A stretch of 24,000 nt of DNA from Methanolinea tarda. GTDB lineage: Archaea; Halobacteriota; Methanomicrobia; Methanomicrobiales; JACTUA01. The stretch is taken from positions 784-24,783 of the forward strand of contig JBAIXL010000130.1 in the NCBI GenBank assembly GCA_037916685.1, written 5' to 3'. The position numbers were made by a program, and so were the translations under genes. The notes under the pieces are model-generated. The model did not search any database and had not been told where the DNA came from. It saw only the letters and a list, made by a program, of their open reading frames with translations. Within the stretch, counting starts at the first letter, position 1. Each line of letters starts with the position of its first letter. Shown piece by piece: positions 8,153 to 16,360 of this stretch.

Positions 8153-9433
8153 TCAGGGTGACGGGGAAGGCCGGTCTTTGGCGAAACCGTGACTCTGTTC
8201 GATAGCTTCTTCATAGACGCGGATCGTGTTACGGGCTGCCACCTCCCAGGTGAACATGTCCAGTACCCGCGCTCTTGCGTGATCACCCATGGTTTTACGC
8301 AGGGCCGGATCCGCGAGCAGTTTCACGGTAAACTTGGCGATATCCCCCGGGTCAAAGGGGTTAATGTGGTAGCCGGTCGGATAGTTACCGGTGATCTCCA
8401 CCTGTTCCCGGAGACCACTCGTTCCCCGGGCTCCCACCACGACCGGTTTTCCCATCGACATTGCCTCAGTGCATACGATCCCGAAGGGTTCATACTTGGA
8501 GGGAAACACCGCCACATCGCAGGCCGCATAGTACAGGATCCGCTCCTCCTCTCCCACGTAGGCAAAATTAAGGATGACATTCCGTTCCAGACCCTGTGCC
8601 TTGACGATGTGGGAGAGGAGCGGTTCCATCTCACCCTTTCCGAGGACCACCAGCTTGGCATCCGGGATCTCTTTAAGGATCAGGGGCATGGCCATTGCCA
8701 GCATGTCGATACCCTTCACCCAGGTCAATCTTCCGATGAAGAAGATCATCGGAGCGTCTCCCACACCTATCCGCTCACGAAAAGCGCGAATCTCTTCTGC
8801 CGAAAAACGGGCGGGATTGTATTTTTCCGGGTCCACACCGTTATACACCACCCGGATTTTGTTCTCCCGGTACCCCAGCCGGACCAGTTCATCCCGCATC
8901 GCGTATGATACGGTTACGATCAGATCCGCCGTTTCCGCGGCCATATTCTCAATCTGCTTTACGGTGAAGGATCCATCAGAGGTGCGGCCTTCTTCCGTGG
9001 AATGAAAATGGAAAACAAGAGGTCGCTCGAGGTTTTTCTTGGCCACGATTCCGGCGATGGCCGCAAGCCAGTCGTGCGCCACCAGGATGTCGAAGGTGCG
9101 TTTCTCCATCCTCACGAGATTGTTGATCAGCTTGGACGCGGAGAGAAAGTTGTACAACAGGGTGTGCTGGTAAAACGCCTGCCCGCCCGTGTCCCACTTC
9201 TGGATATCGCAGGGATTCAGGATGGGAAGGACGGGAGAGATATCCGTCAGAAGAGGTCGGTGCACCTCGACTCCTTCCCACTGATCCCGAGTGGGGTCAT
9301 TCCCATTGTTGTGTGAGAAGACGGTGACGGTATGTTCATGACGTACAAACTGACGTGTGATCTCCATCGCATAGGTGCCCAGTCCACCACGAAAGAACGG
9401 AGGGAACTCATCCACAAAATAGGCCATTCTCAT
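8153..9433 (-). CDS. GT-B glycosyltransferase (GT4/GT5-like), probable glycogen/alpha-glucan synthase paralogue 2
   Basis: The N-terminus has FPPFFRGGLGTYAMEI (GG-L-G nucleotide-sugar loop). The C-terminus has PSKYEPFGIVCTEAMSMGKPVVV (E-x7-E region). Its ATG overlaps the stop of the upstream GT by 4 nt (ATGA). Confidence 0.85.
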   Translation of the reverse strand: MRMAYFVDEFPPFFRGGLGTYAMEITRQFVRHEHTVTVFSHNNGNDPTRDQWEGVEVHRPLLTDISPVLPILNPCDIQKWDTGGQAFYQHTLLYNFLSASKLINNLVRMEKRTFDILVAHDWLAAIAGIVAKKNLERPLVFHFHSTEEGRTSDGSFTVKQIENMAAETADLIVTVSYAMRDELVRLGYRENKIRVVYNGVDPEKYNPARFSAEEIRAFRERIGVGDAPMIFFIGRLTWVKGIDMLAMAMPLILKEIPDAKLVVLGKGEMEPLLSHIVKAQGLERNVILNFAYVGEEERILYYAACDVAVFPSKYEPFGIVCTEAMSMGKPVVVGARGTSGLREQVEITGNYPTGYHINPFDPGDIAKFTVKLLADPALRKTMGDHARARVLDMFTWEVAARNTIRVYEEAIEQSHGFAKDRPSPSP

Positions 9434-10563
9434 GACAGAACCTCCTCGTACACCGTTCGTACCTTAGAGGCGACCGGCTCCCATTTAAACGATCGATCCA
9501 CTTTCCTTCTTCCTTCTTTTCCGTAGGCAGTGAGGCAACCGCGGTTATCCAGAACATGATTGATTCCCCAGGAGACCGATTCGACGGTGGGATAGACTTT
9601 CACCCCGTCCCGGAAATTTTCAATATTTTCTCCGAGCCCTCCCACATCCGAGGCCACCACGCACTTCTCGGCACTCCATGCCTCCAGCAGTACCAGTCCG
9701 AAGGGCTCATTCCGGCTCGGGATGGCGACCAGATCGCAGGCATTGAGGAGCCGGATATACTCAGAATCGGGGATCCACCCCAGAAACTGTGCCGGCAGAC
9801 CTGCCGATCGTTCCGACAGCCACTGACGCATGTGACCCTCTCCCGCGAAGATAAACCGGACATCCCATTGCCGGCGATTGATCTCCGGTATTGCCCCGGC
9901 AAGAAGATCCGGACCTTTCTGAAACACCATGCGTCCCACGAACAGGATCAGCGGTGCAAAGGGATGGATTCCATACCGTTTTTTCACTTCACCCGGGTCC
10001 ACATAGGCCTTGTACACCTCTGGAATTACCGCGTTGGGTACCACCTCTACTTTTTCCGGTGGCACCTGGTACAGCACTCCGATCTCTTTCTTCAGCGTGT
10101 GCGACACGGTGATGATCCGCCGGGCGATGAGGGCGCCGTACCACTCTTTTCCGGATATCTCGCCAAACTCCCACCAGTCTCCAAAATTGCCGCCATTGCG
10201 CCCGTATTCTGTGGAGTGAAACGAGAGCACATTGGGCCGGTCCTGCAGAAGGTGCAGTGCTTCCACCGCGTGCCAGTCGTGGAAATGAAGAATATCAAAG
10301 GAGGGATGATCCATCCGGTGGAACTGATCCACCATCTGACGGCTCATATCCCGGCAGTATTCGACGATATTTCCTCCGGAAGGCTGACAGCAGTGATAGT
10401 ATACCCCCCGAATCTGCTGATCTTCTTTTCCCCGGGTAAAAAAATGAACTTCATGATCTTTCGCCAGGGTCTCGGCAAGGTGTGTTGCGGCGCTGGCAAG
10501 CCCTCCGACCCGGTCTGTATACAATGATTCCCAGCAGAAAAAAGCTATTTTAAGCGATTCCAT
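9430..10563 (-). CDS. GT-B glycosyltransferase (GT4/GT5-like), probable glycogen/alpha-glucan synthase paralogue 1
   Basis: KIAFFCWESLYTDRVGGLASAATHLAETLAK is a glycogen-synthase-like N-terminus. PSRNEPFGLVLLEAWSAEKCVVAS is also present. The start overlaps the GH57 gene end by 19 nt. Confidence 0.85.
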   Translation of the reverse strand: MESLKIAFFCWESLYTDRVGGLASAATHLAETLAKDHEVHFFTRGKEDQQIRGVYYHCCQPSGGNIVEYCRDMSRQMVDQFHRMDHPSFDILHFHDWHAVEALHLLQDRPNVLSFHSTEYGRNGGNFGDWWEFGEISGKEWYGALIARRIITVSHTLKKEIGVLYQVPPEKVEVVPNAVIPEVYKAYVDPGEVKKRYGIHPFAPLILFVGRMVFQKGPDLLAGAIPEINRRQWDVRFIFAGEGHMRQWLSERSAGLPAQFLGWIPDSEYIRLLNACDLVAIPSRNEPFGLVLLEAWSAEKCVVASDVGGLGENIENFRDGVKVYPTVESVSWGINHVLDNRGCLTAYGKEGRRKVDRSFKWEPVASKVRTVYEEVLS

Positions 10564-11996
10564 TGGTATCTCCTTCGCGTATCGACCGCCTCCGCGATCT
10601 CGTACCGGAGAGTCTTCCCTTTCACTTCACGGGCGAGAAGAGGATCTCCGATTACATCCTCCAGCCAGCGTGCGAAGTCATCACGCCGCAGATGGTAGGT
10701 TAACGAATCAGCAGGAACCACTGCCAGCTGTTCCGCGAATTCATCCAAGCTGAACGCGGAATAGCCGGTATAGCCAAAGTCTGAGTGGAAGTGGAAGGCT
10801 TTATCCGGGGGAAGGGTACGCAGCGCCAGGATCGCCCCCTTCCTCCGCGACAGGGACGCCGAACGGTACTCCAGGTCGGAGAGCACCCGCATGTAGGTGT
10901 TGAAGGCCTTTTCGGGTGCTTCATGGCGGAAATAAGAATGTACCGCTTCACACGACCCGAATTTGGCTGCCATGTAATGGAAGTGGTCACTGGTGGTGAG
11001 ATACCGCCACAGGGTGCGATTCGCTACCAGAGGTGGAGCCCGTTCCATCGCCCGGAAGGCGGCATTCTGCCAGCAGTTTCCCAGCCATGCGGAGGTATCC
11101 TTCTCGAGATCGGCCCACGAGATGGTATCTTCTATACGAAGATCTTCGCAGGGATCTGCCTCAGCGGCCATGGAGGGAGTGATGCAATCCACGCCCGCAT
11201 GGAGAAGTTCTTCCGGGAGCCAGCGGAGAAATTCTAGAATACCGGTGTCTGCCCACTGATGCTCGCCGAACGTCTCATAGTCGATGAATACCTGCACGCA
11301 TTCCCCGGGCGTGGCGGCGATCCATCCTGCATAGGTGGAGGCGGTGAGCGGGTACTGATCCCATGAACGGTTGGTGAAACGGAAGGCGATGTCATCGGAC
11401 AGACGGCAGTTCCGGAGAAGCAGTTTCAATCCATTGCAGGAATAGAGAAAATTCGGACTCCTCCAACCGAGAATGCGGTCGACACCCTCTGTGTACATGG
11501 CAGAGAAACCGAGCTTCCGGGCGGCCACCGCGATGGCATCGTTGAAGAGGAATTCCGTATTCTCGACGATCCGTGGCTCAATACCGAAAGTGTCCTTCAT
11601 CAGCCTCTTATGGAGGATGATCTGCTCCTCAAACTCCTCTGGATCGGAGAACAGGCTGGCAAGGCTGTGATAATACGTCTGGCCGAGGATCTCTGCGTTC
11701 TTGTGCACGGCCACCTGACCGAACAAGTCCAGGGCATCCTTTCCCCACCGCTCCAGCTGTTCGATCACCGTTCCAGAGAGGCTCATTGCACAACGGAATC
11801 CCTGATCCAGATTGGTGAGCAGAATCTCCGTGGCAGGGAGGTAGCATTTTTGTACTACCTTCTCCAGGATCTCTTTGTTTCCGCTGCTGAAATACAGGTC
11901 TTCGACATGTTTCTGTTTTCGATAGACGTCTGCATCAAACTGGTTGTTCAGCCGGAATGGCTGGTGGACCTCAAAACCAAAGCATACTTTTGCCAT
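10545..11996 (-). CDS. Glycoside hydrolase family 57 alpha-glucan-acting enzyme (alpha-amylase / glucanotransferase type)
   Basis: The conserved GH57 regions are visible: FEVHQPFRL (region I), NAEILGQTYYHSL (region II), VENTEFLF (nucleophile-Glu region) and IDYETFGEHQW (region IV with the catalytic Asp). At 483 aa the length fits the short archaeal GH57 amylases. Confidence 0.85.
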   Translation of the reverse strand: MAKVCFGFEVHQPFRLNNQFDADVYRKQKHVEDLYFSSGNKEILEKVVQKCYLPATEILLTNLDQGFRCAMSLSGTVIEQLERWGKDALDLFGQVAVHKNAEILGQTYYHSLASLFSDPEEFEEQIILHKRLMKDTFGIEPRIVENTEFLFNDAIAVAARKLGFSAMYTEGVDRILGWRSPNFLYSCNGLKLLLRNCRLSDDIAFRFTNRSWDQYPLTASTYAGWIAATPGECVQVFIDYETFGEHQWADTGILEFLRWLPEELLHAGVDCITPSMAAEADPCEDLRIEDTISWADLEKDTSAWLGNCWQNAAFRAMERAPPLVANRTLWRYLTTSDHFHYMAAKFGSCEAVHSYFRHEAPEKAFNTYMRVLSDLEYRSASLSRRKGAILALRTLPPDKAFHFHSDFGYTGYSAFSLDEFAEQLAVVPADSLTYHLRRDDFARWLEDVIGDPLLAREVKGKTLRYEIAEAVDTRRRYQWNRLK

Positions 11997-12085
11997 TCCT
12001 GATCATCTCCCGGGGTCCCGATTTCCCTTATTCCTTATCATGGAATCTGCGCCCAGCATGGGTGACTGACCATTGCCCATTCCGG

Positions 12086-12094
12086 TATAAATAA
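12086..12094 (-). promoter_or_regulatory. TATA-like box (TTATTTATA on minus strand) for the glycogen operon
   Basis: This is the best AT-rich element in the 274-bp spacer. It lies about 90-98 nt upstream of the GH57 ATG at 11996. The call rests on position and composition only. Confidence 0.35.
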
Positions 12095-12213
12095 CAATCT
12101 TTCAGCAGACTGAAAAGACAGGGGGGCGACGTACCGATCGTCGGGGATCCCAAAGAGAGAATTGGTCATTCCTTGGTTGGCCGGAGAATCGAGGGCACGG
12201 GAATTATCCGGCT

Positions 12214-12224
12214 AAAGAAAAAAA
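12214..12224 (-). terminator. Oligo-T archaeal terminator candidate after the MCR-activation operon
   Basis: The minus strand reads TTTTTTTCTTT about 47 nt downstream of the AhpD-like stop at 12271. Archaeal RNAP terminates at T-runs. Confidence 0.4.
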
Positions 12225-12270
12225 GTGTTCCGGCTCACCGCGTACTGGGGAGGTTTAATAGAGAGTACGG

Positions 12271-12714
12271 TTATTCTCCCAGATGGACACCGTTGATATC
12301 GCAGGTCCCTTCACAATCTTTTTCCTGTACCGCATCCCTCATCACACGGTAGGCGTTCGCGAGGACCGCAGCATTCGCAGTCAGACCGGCGATCAGGATG
12401 ACCTCCAGAATTTCGTCCCGGGTGGCTCCCTTTCGTAATGCGGCCCGGATATGATAATCCACACAATGGCGGCACTTGAGCGCCGATCCCACCGCAAGGC
12501 TGATCAATTCTACCAGTTTCGGATCCAGCGATCCGGCGCCGGTGATCGCGTTCTTGTACAGGAGGTGAGAGATCAGGACTTCGGGGCGTTCCGCCATCCG
12601 TTCAAAGATCAGAGGGACTCTCCCATATTCCTGATTGATCGCCTTAAGCCAGTCTTCCGCGGTCTTCCTTGATCCTCGATCCAGGATCTTTTCCAGGGTA
12701 TCCTCAAATTCCAT
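12271..12714 (-). CDS. AhpD / carboxymuconolactone decarboxylase (CMD) family redox protein
   Basis: LKCRHCVDYHIRAAL gives the AhpD-core C-x-x-C-x-x-x-H motif (Cys codons at 12474..12472 and 12465..12463). There is an extra C-terminal CEGTC pair. The start is only 3 nt after the mmp7 stop. Confidence 0.8.
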   Translation of the reverse strand: MEFEDTLEKILDRGSRKTAEDWLKAINQEYGRVPLIFERMAERPEVLISHLLYKNAITGAGSLDPKLVELISLAVGSALKCRHCVDYHIRAALRKGATRDEILEVILIAGLTANAAVLANAYRVMRDAVQEKDCEGTCDINGVHLGE

Positions 12715-12717
12715 AGA

Positions 12718-13656
12718 TCACACTACGATTTTGGTTTCGGAGTACGGTTTGATGCGCACAATGATGTAATTGCGCATCCTTGATGGGAGCACCTCCGCGA
12801 TATCCCCGATACGAATCCCTCCTTCGATCTCCACTTCCCGGAGAGTCTGGGCGTACCCCTCATAGGGTAGCTTCACTCGCAGGCCGGTCATCTGTACCGT
12901 GAGGGGGGTGGGGGACGTCACCTCGTGTATCGCATCCACTTCGTCCCGGATCACTTCCATCAGTTTTGGGGGAGATATGGAGGGAGGATCTTTGGCGATT
13001 TCAACCCGTCTCTGATCCAGTACCCGGGAGACCTCAGCGACGATCTCCTCCAGTTTCGCGATTTCTTCTGGTTTTCGGTACCGGTGCATCAGACGCCCGA
13101 TTCCCCCCACATATCCTTCCACGGGGGGGTCAACGATTCGCTGCAGCGCGTCTCGGGAAGGTCCACCAGTAAGGACAATCGGAATCTGCACCCCTCTGCG
13201 GAGGACGGGAAATTTTTTCTGAATGCACTCCTCAAAATTGCCCAGAAGGTAGATCACACAGTCATGTTCATTGATGATGTCCCGCTCTTCCACGGTCAGA
13301 TTGGCGATCCGCTTCCCGAATCCTCGGGCAAGCCCCACCATATTGGTCTTCGCCCCGTATCGGCGCAGGTATTCCCCTACGTCGCAGGAAGTGTGAGGGA
13401 GGTGATGGATCTCGAGACTCGTGCTGACGATCGCGATTTCGGTCCCCACCAGAGGTGAGATCGTGATAGTCCCCATCAAGGGCCGGGCCACCGCCCTCAG
13501 TTGCTCGATGTCCTCCCGAGGCACCATCGCCTGGATGATCACATCACCGGCGATCACCTGTCTCTGGATGATATAGCCCCCCAGATCCTCGATCAGCTCC
13601 GTCATCTCCTCATGCCGGTACACCCCACCGCTGTACGTAATGGGTTCAAAGATCAT
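12718..13656 (-). CDS. mmp7: Methanogenesis marker protein 7 (McrC-related)
   Basis: The 312-aa size and its last position among the marker genes in the conserved atwA-mmp cluster fit Mmp7. The sequence character (MIFEPITYSGGVYRHEEM..., GLARGFGKRIA) fits my recollection of Mmp7/McrC-like proteins. It overlaps the mmp17 end by 11 nt. The number is assigned from size, order and memory, not from a search. Confidence 0.65.
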   Translation of the reverse strand: MIFEPITYSGGVYRHEEMTELIEDLGGYIIQRQVIAGDVIIQAMVPREDIEQLRAVARPLMGTITISPLVGTEIAIVSTSLEIHHLPHTSCDVGEYLRRYGAKTNMVGLARGFGKRIANLTVEERDIINEHDCVIYLLGNFEECIQKKFPVLRRGVQIPIVLTGGPSRDALQRIVDPPVEGYVGGIGRLMHRYRKPEEIAKLEEIVAEVSRVLDQRRVEIAKDPPSISPPKLMEVIRDEVDAIHEVTSPTPLTVQMTGLRVKLPYEGYAQTLREVEIEGGIRIGDIAEVLPSRMRNYIIVRIKPYSETKIVV

Positions 13657-14236
13657 AGGATACTCCCATCAAGGCAAATTTCTCCCGAACCAGGGTTCGG
13701 ACTTTTTCCTCATCGAGGGTGTCTTCGCTGGCCACATACCAGAACCGGTCAGACTGGATGTCCTGTCTCCGTACCTTGAAGCCCTCCGGAGCCATGTACT
13801 GGAGCGCATAGACGAGATCACGATAGATGCCCTCGCGGGGATCCGCGACGGCCATCTCATCGAAATCATCGGGAATGGGTTCCTTCGAGGAGATGATGAC
13901 CGTGAAACGATCCGGCTGATCGATGTTGTCTTTTCCGAAGCGGGCAGCCAGAGCGGAAAGCAACGGGGCCAGGTAGGTTTCGTCTGTGATGGAGATGGTG
14001 GCCTCATTACCCTCGATCTTTACTCCTCCGGTGTCTTTCACCCGTATCAGCGAGGGCAGTTTCCGGATCACTCCCACGGCCACAAACACCGGTATGCGAG
14101 GATCAATGAACACGTGCAGTCGGCTGATGATCTTTAACAGATCCAGGTCCTGGAGTACTGTTCCCACGATCTTGCGGTAGTACTCGGCTCCGGTAGTCTC
14201 GGGGCTTTCTACCTGAAAGTACTCCAGAGAGTCCAT
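13646..14236 (-). CDS. mmp17: Methanogenesis marker protein 17
   Basis: This 196-aa ORF sits between mmp15 and mmp7 and abuts the mmp15 stop with 0 nt spacing. Its size and synteny match Mmp17 in the conserved cluster. Confidence 0.6.
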   Translation of the reverse strand: MDSLEYFQVESPETTGAEYYRKIVGTVLQDLDLLKIISRLHVFIDPRIPVFVAVGVIRKLPSLIRVKDTGGVKIEGNEATISITDETYLAPLLSALAARFGKDNIDQPDRFTVIISSKEPIPDDFDEMAVADPREGIYRDLVYALQYMAPEGFKVRRQDIQSDRFWYVASEDTLDEEKVRTLVREKFALMGVSYDL

Positions 14237-15475
14237 CTACTCTCCCCGTATAAATCCACTGGCCAGGAGGGCAGATCCGACCGCCCCGATGAATTGAGAG
14301 TACCGGGGAACCACAATCTTGGTCTGAAGCAGGTCTCCCATGGCATACACCAGACCTTCGATTAACGAAGTTCCACCCACCATGATCACCGGTTCTTTGA
14401 TCTCGACTTCCTGCAGCTGCTGCTCAAACACCTGCTCCGCGACGCTGTGGCATGCCGCTGCGGCCACATCTTCCGGCGTGCTACCGGCCGCAAGGGCGTT
14501 GACGAGACTCTGCGTTCCAAAGACGATGCAGTAGCTGTTCATGGGCACACTCTGGCTCTTACCCTTCATCGCCAGGGGCCCGAGTTCGGTGATATCCACG
14601 CCCAGCCTCTTTGAGGTCATTTCCAGGAAACGGCCACTTGCTCCAGCACAGATGCCGCCCATCGTGAAGGTGCCCGGGATGCCATCGTGAACCGATATCG
14701 CCTTGTTGTCCATGCCGCCGATGTCTATCACAGTAGAATTACCGTGCTGCCGATCGGCGAGGTAGACCGCCCCTTTGGAGTTCACCGTCAGCTCTTCCTG
14801 GATCAGATCCGCCTTTAGATGATTTCCTACCAGGTATCGCCCGTATCCCGTGGTACCCACGGCCTGGATATCCTCCCGCCGGATCCCCGCCTCTTCTAGC
14901 GCTGCCTTCACCGCCGCATCTGCACTCCCCAGCACCTCGGTGGTGGGAAGCCATCCCTTTCCGATGATGGCATTGTCCTTCATCACGATCGCCTTCGTCG
15001 TGCTGGACCCGCTATCCACCCCCAGGGTGATCCCTTCCTGTGTTTCCCGTGCCAGCAGCGCTCTGCGACGGGCAATCGTGGTCAGTGCCTCCATCCGGGT
15101 GAGTAGTGTCCCGGCGGTTGTTCGTTCGGTGAACGAATAACTGACCACAGGAAGCATCGAGTTGTCGTGGATATACCGTCTGAGCTCGTTTCGGACAATG
15201 GCACCCTCGGCACACCGGAAACAGGTACAGATGAAGACCGCATCCGCCTCGATGCGTCCTTCCACCAGTGCCTTCGCTCGTGCGATGGATAGACGCAGAT
15301 CCGGGCTGGCCACTTCAAGTCCGAACAGGCGGAAATCCCGTGTGATGTCCTTTAGGGCAATGTCTGGGTGAAATATCTCGGCTCCAACCGCCTTCGCCGC
15401 TTCATCGATCTCCGCCTGAATCCCGCTGTATTCAGGACCGCAGGAAAGCTGGGCAATCCGCACGGGTGCGGTCAT
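14237..15475 (-). CDS. mmp15: Methanogenesis marker protein 15 (BadF/BadG/BcrA/BcrD-type ATPase)
   Basis: The ASKHA-fold phosphate-1 motif [14 protein letters not shown] is present. [33 protein letters not shown] and VGGTS match the BcrAD/HgdC activator family. The length is 412 aa, with an N-terminal extension of about 145 aa carrying C12 and CTCFRC. Confidence 0.8.
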   Translation of the reverse strand: MTAPVRIAQLSCGPEYSGIQAEIDEAAKAVGAEIFHPDIALKDITRDFRLFGLEVASPDLRLSIARAKALVEGRIEADAVFICTCFRCAEGAIVRNELRRYIHDNSMLPVVSYSFTERTTAGTLLTRMEALTTIARRRALLARETQEGITLGVDSGSSTTKAIVMKDNAIIGKGWLPTTEVLGSADAAVKAALEEAGIRREDIQAVGTTGYGRYLVGNHLKADLIQEELTVNSKGAVYLADRQHGNSTVIDIGGMDNKAISVHDGIPGTFTMGGICAGASGRFLEMTSKRLGVDITELGPLAMKGKSQSVPMNSYCIVFGTQSLVNALAAGSTPEDVAAAACHSVAEQVFEQQLQEVEIKEPVIMVGGTSLIEGLVYAMGDLLQTKIVVPRYSQFIGAVGSALLASGFIRGE

Positions 15476-15921
15476 GAGGGTGTTCCTCCCAGGGACACCA
15501 GAAATTCCTTCAAAGCCGCGACGAACCGCTCTCCTTCCTCCTCACTGGTGGGATACCGTAGATCGAGGACAGGAATCGGGCGGTTTCGTATCAGGTATTT
15601 GATCAATTCATTGGTACGGGCACATCCCATGCATCCGAAGGCAAAATCGGCATCCGTAATGATGATGGCGGCATCCGCTTCCTCAATCTTGGGACCGAGA
15701 ATCGCCATACGGCCCCGCACTCCACTCGGTACCTCCACCGCCGCATAACGGAGTCCCTTCTTGGGTTCTTCGGGAGTGATCTGAAGGGGTGGAGACTCCA
15801 CACTCGCGGTCTGGATTCGTTCCCGGATAGCCAGGGCTGAACCCAGGGGTTCATGTCCGAACCTCTCCACCATATCCGAGAGAATGAGACTCGTCATAGG
15901 GTAAATGAGAACTTTTGCCAT
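15472..15921 (-). CDS. mmp5: Methanogenesis marker protein 5
   Basis: This is a 149-aa [29 protein letters not shown]... and [18 protein letters not shown] match my recollection of Mmp5 (DUF2112). It has an ATGA overlap with mmp15. The 5-versus-6 labelling is less certain than cluster membership. Confidence 0.6.
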   Translation of the reverse strand: MAKVLIYPMTSLILSDMVERFGHEPLGSALAIRERIQTASVESPPLQITPEEPKKGLRYAAVEVPSGVRGRMAILGPKIEEADAAIIITDADFAFGCMGCARTNELIKYLIRNRPIPVLDLRYPTSEEEGERFVAALKEFLVSLGGTPS

Positions 15922-15922
15922 G

Positions 15923-16360
15923 TCAGGACTCCATCATTTTCCGCAGGAGATGGGCATCGAGTTTTTCCTCCTTTTCTACCCTCATCGGTTCGACAGACTT
16001 TTCCTTCAGGGTTTCGAGGCCGTGAGACACATACCGTAGCAACGGGACCTCGAATTCATGACCGTGAAATCCTGGCCTCGCCCCGCCCAAATTCGCCCGG
16101 CACCGGCGGGGGTCACCCGGAGGAAATCCCCTGTCTTTTATAAAAATGTGGCTGGGATCAAACTCACGGATCCGATGGATCAGGTCTACGACCTCCCGCG
16201 GCTTTCCAGACACCTGCAAACCGAAGCACGTCTCCTTGATCATCACTCCCCCGGATATTTCGTACGCTTTCAATGCCACCTCTTCCGGGGTCATATCCGG
16301 GGAGTCCACAAAAACGTACATGGTCACGGTCCCCTGCTGTGCGGGCTGATATTCTTTCAT
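15923..16360 (-). CDS. mmp6: Methanogenesis marker protein 6
   Basis: This 145-aa ORF lies between mmp3 and mmp5. It overlaps mmp3 by 4 nt and sits 1 nt before mmp5. It contains DRGFPPGDPRRCRANLGGARPGF. The label is assigned by size and synteny. Confidence 0.6.
   Translation of the reverse strand: MKEYQPAQQGTVTMYVFVDSPDMTPEEVALKAYEISGGVMIKETCFGLQVSGKPREVVDLIHRIREFDPSHIFIKDRGFPPGDPRRCRANLGGARPGFHGHEFEVPLLRYVSHGLETLKEKSVEPMRVEKEEKLDAHLLRKMMES

Noticed and set aside
12099-12117. A CTTTCAG-CAGA-CTGAAAAG inverted repeat between the two big operons.
   Set aside because: The match is imperfect, with only 6 bp pairing and an unequal T/A run. It is too weak to call an operator or terminator hairpin.
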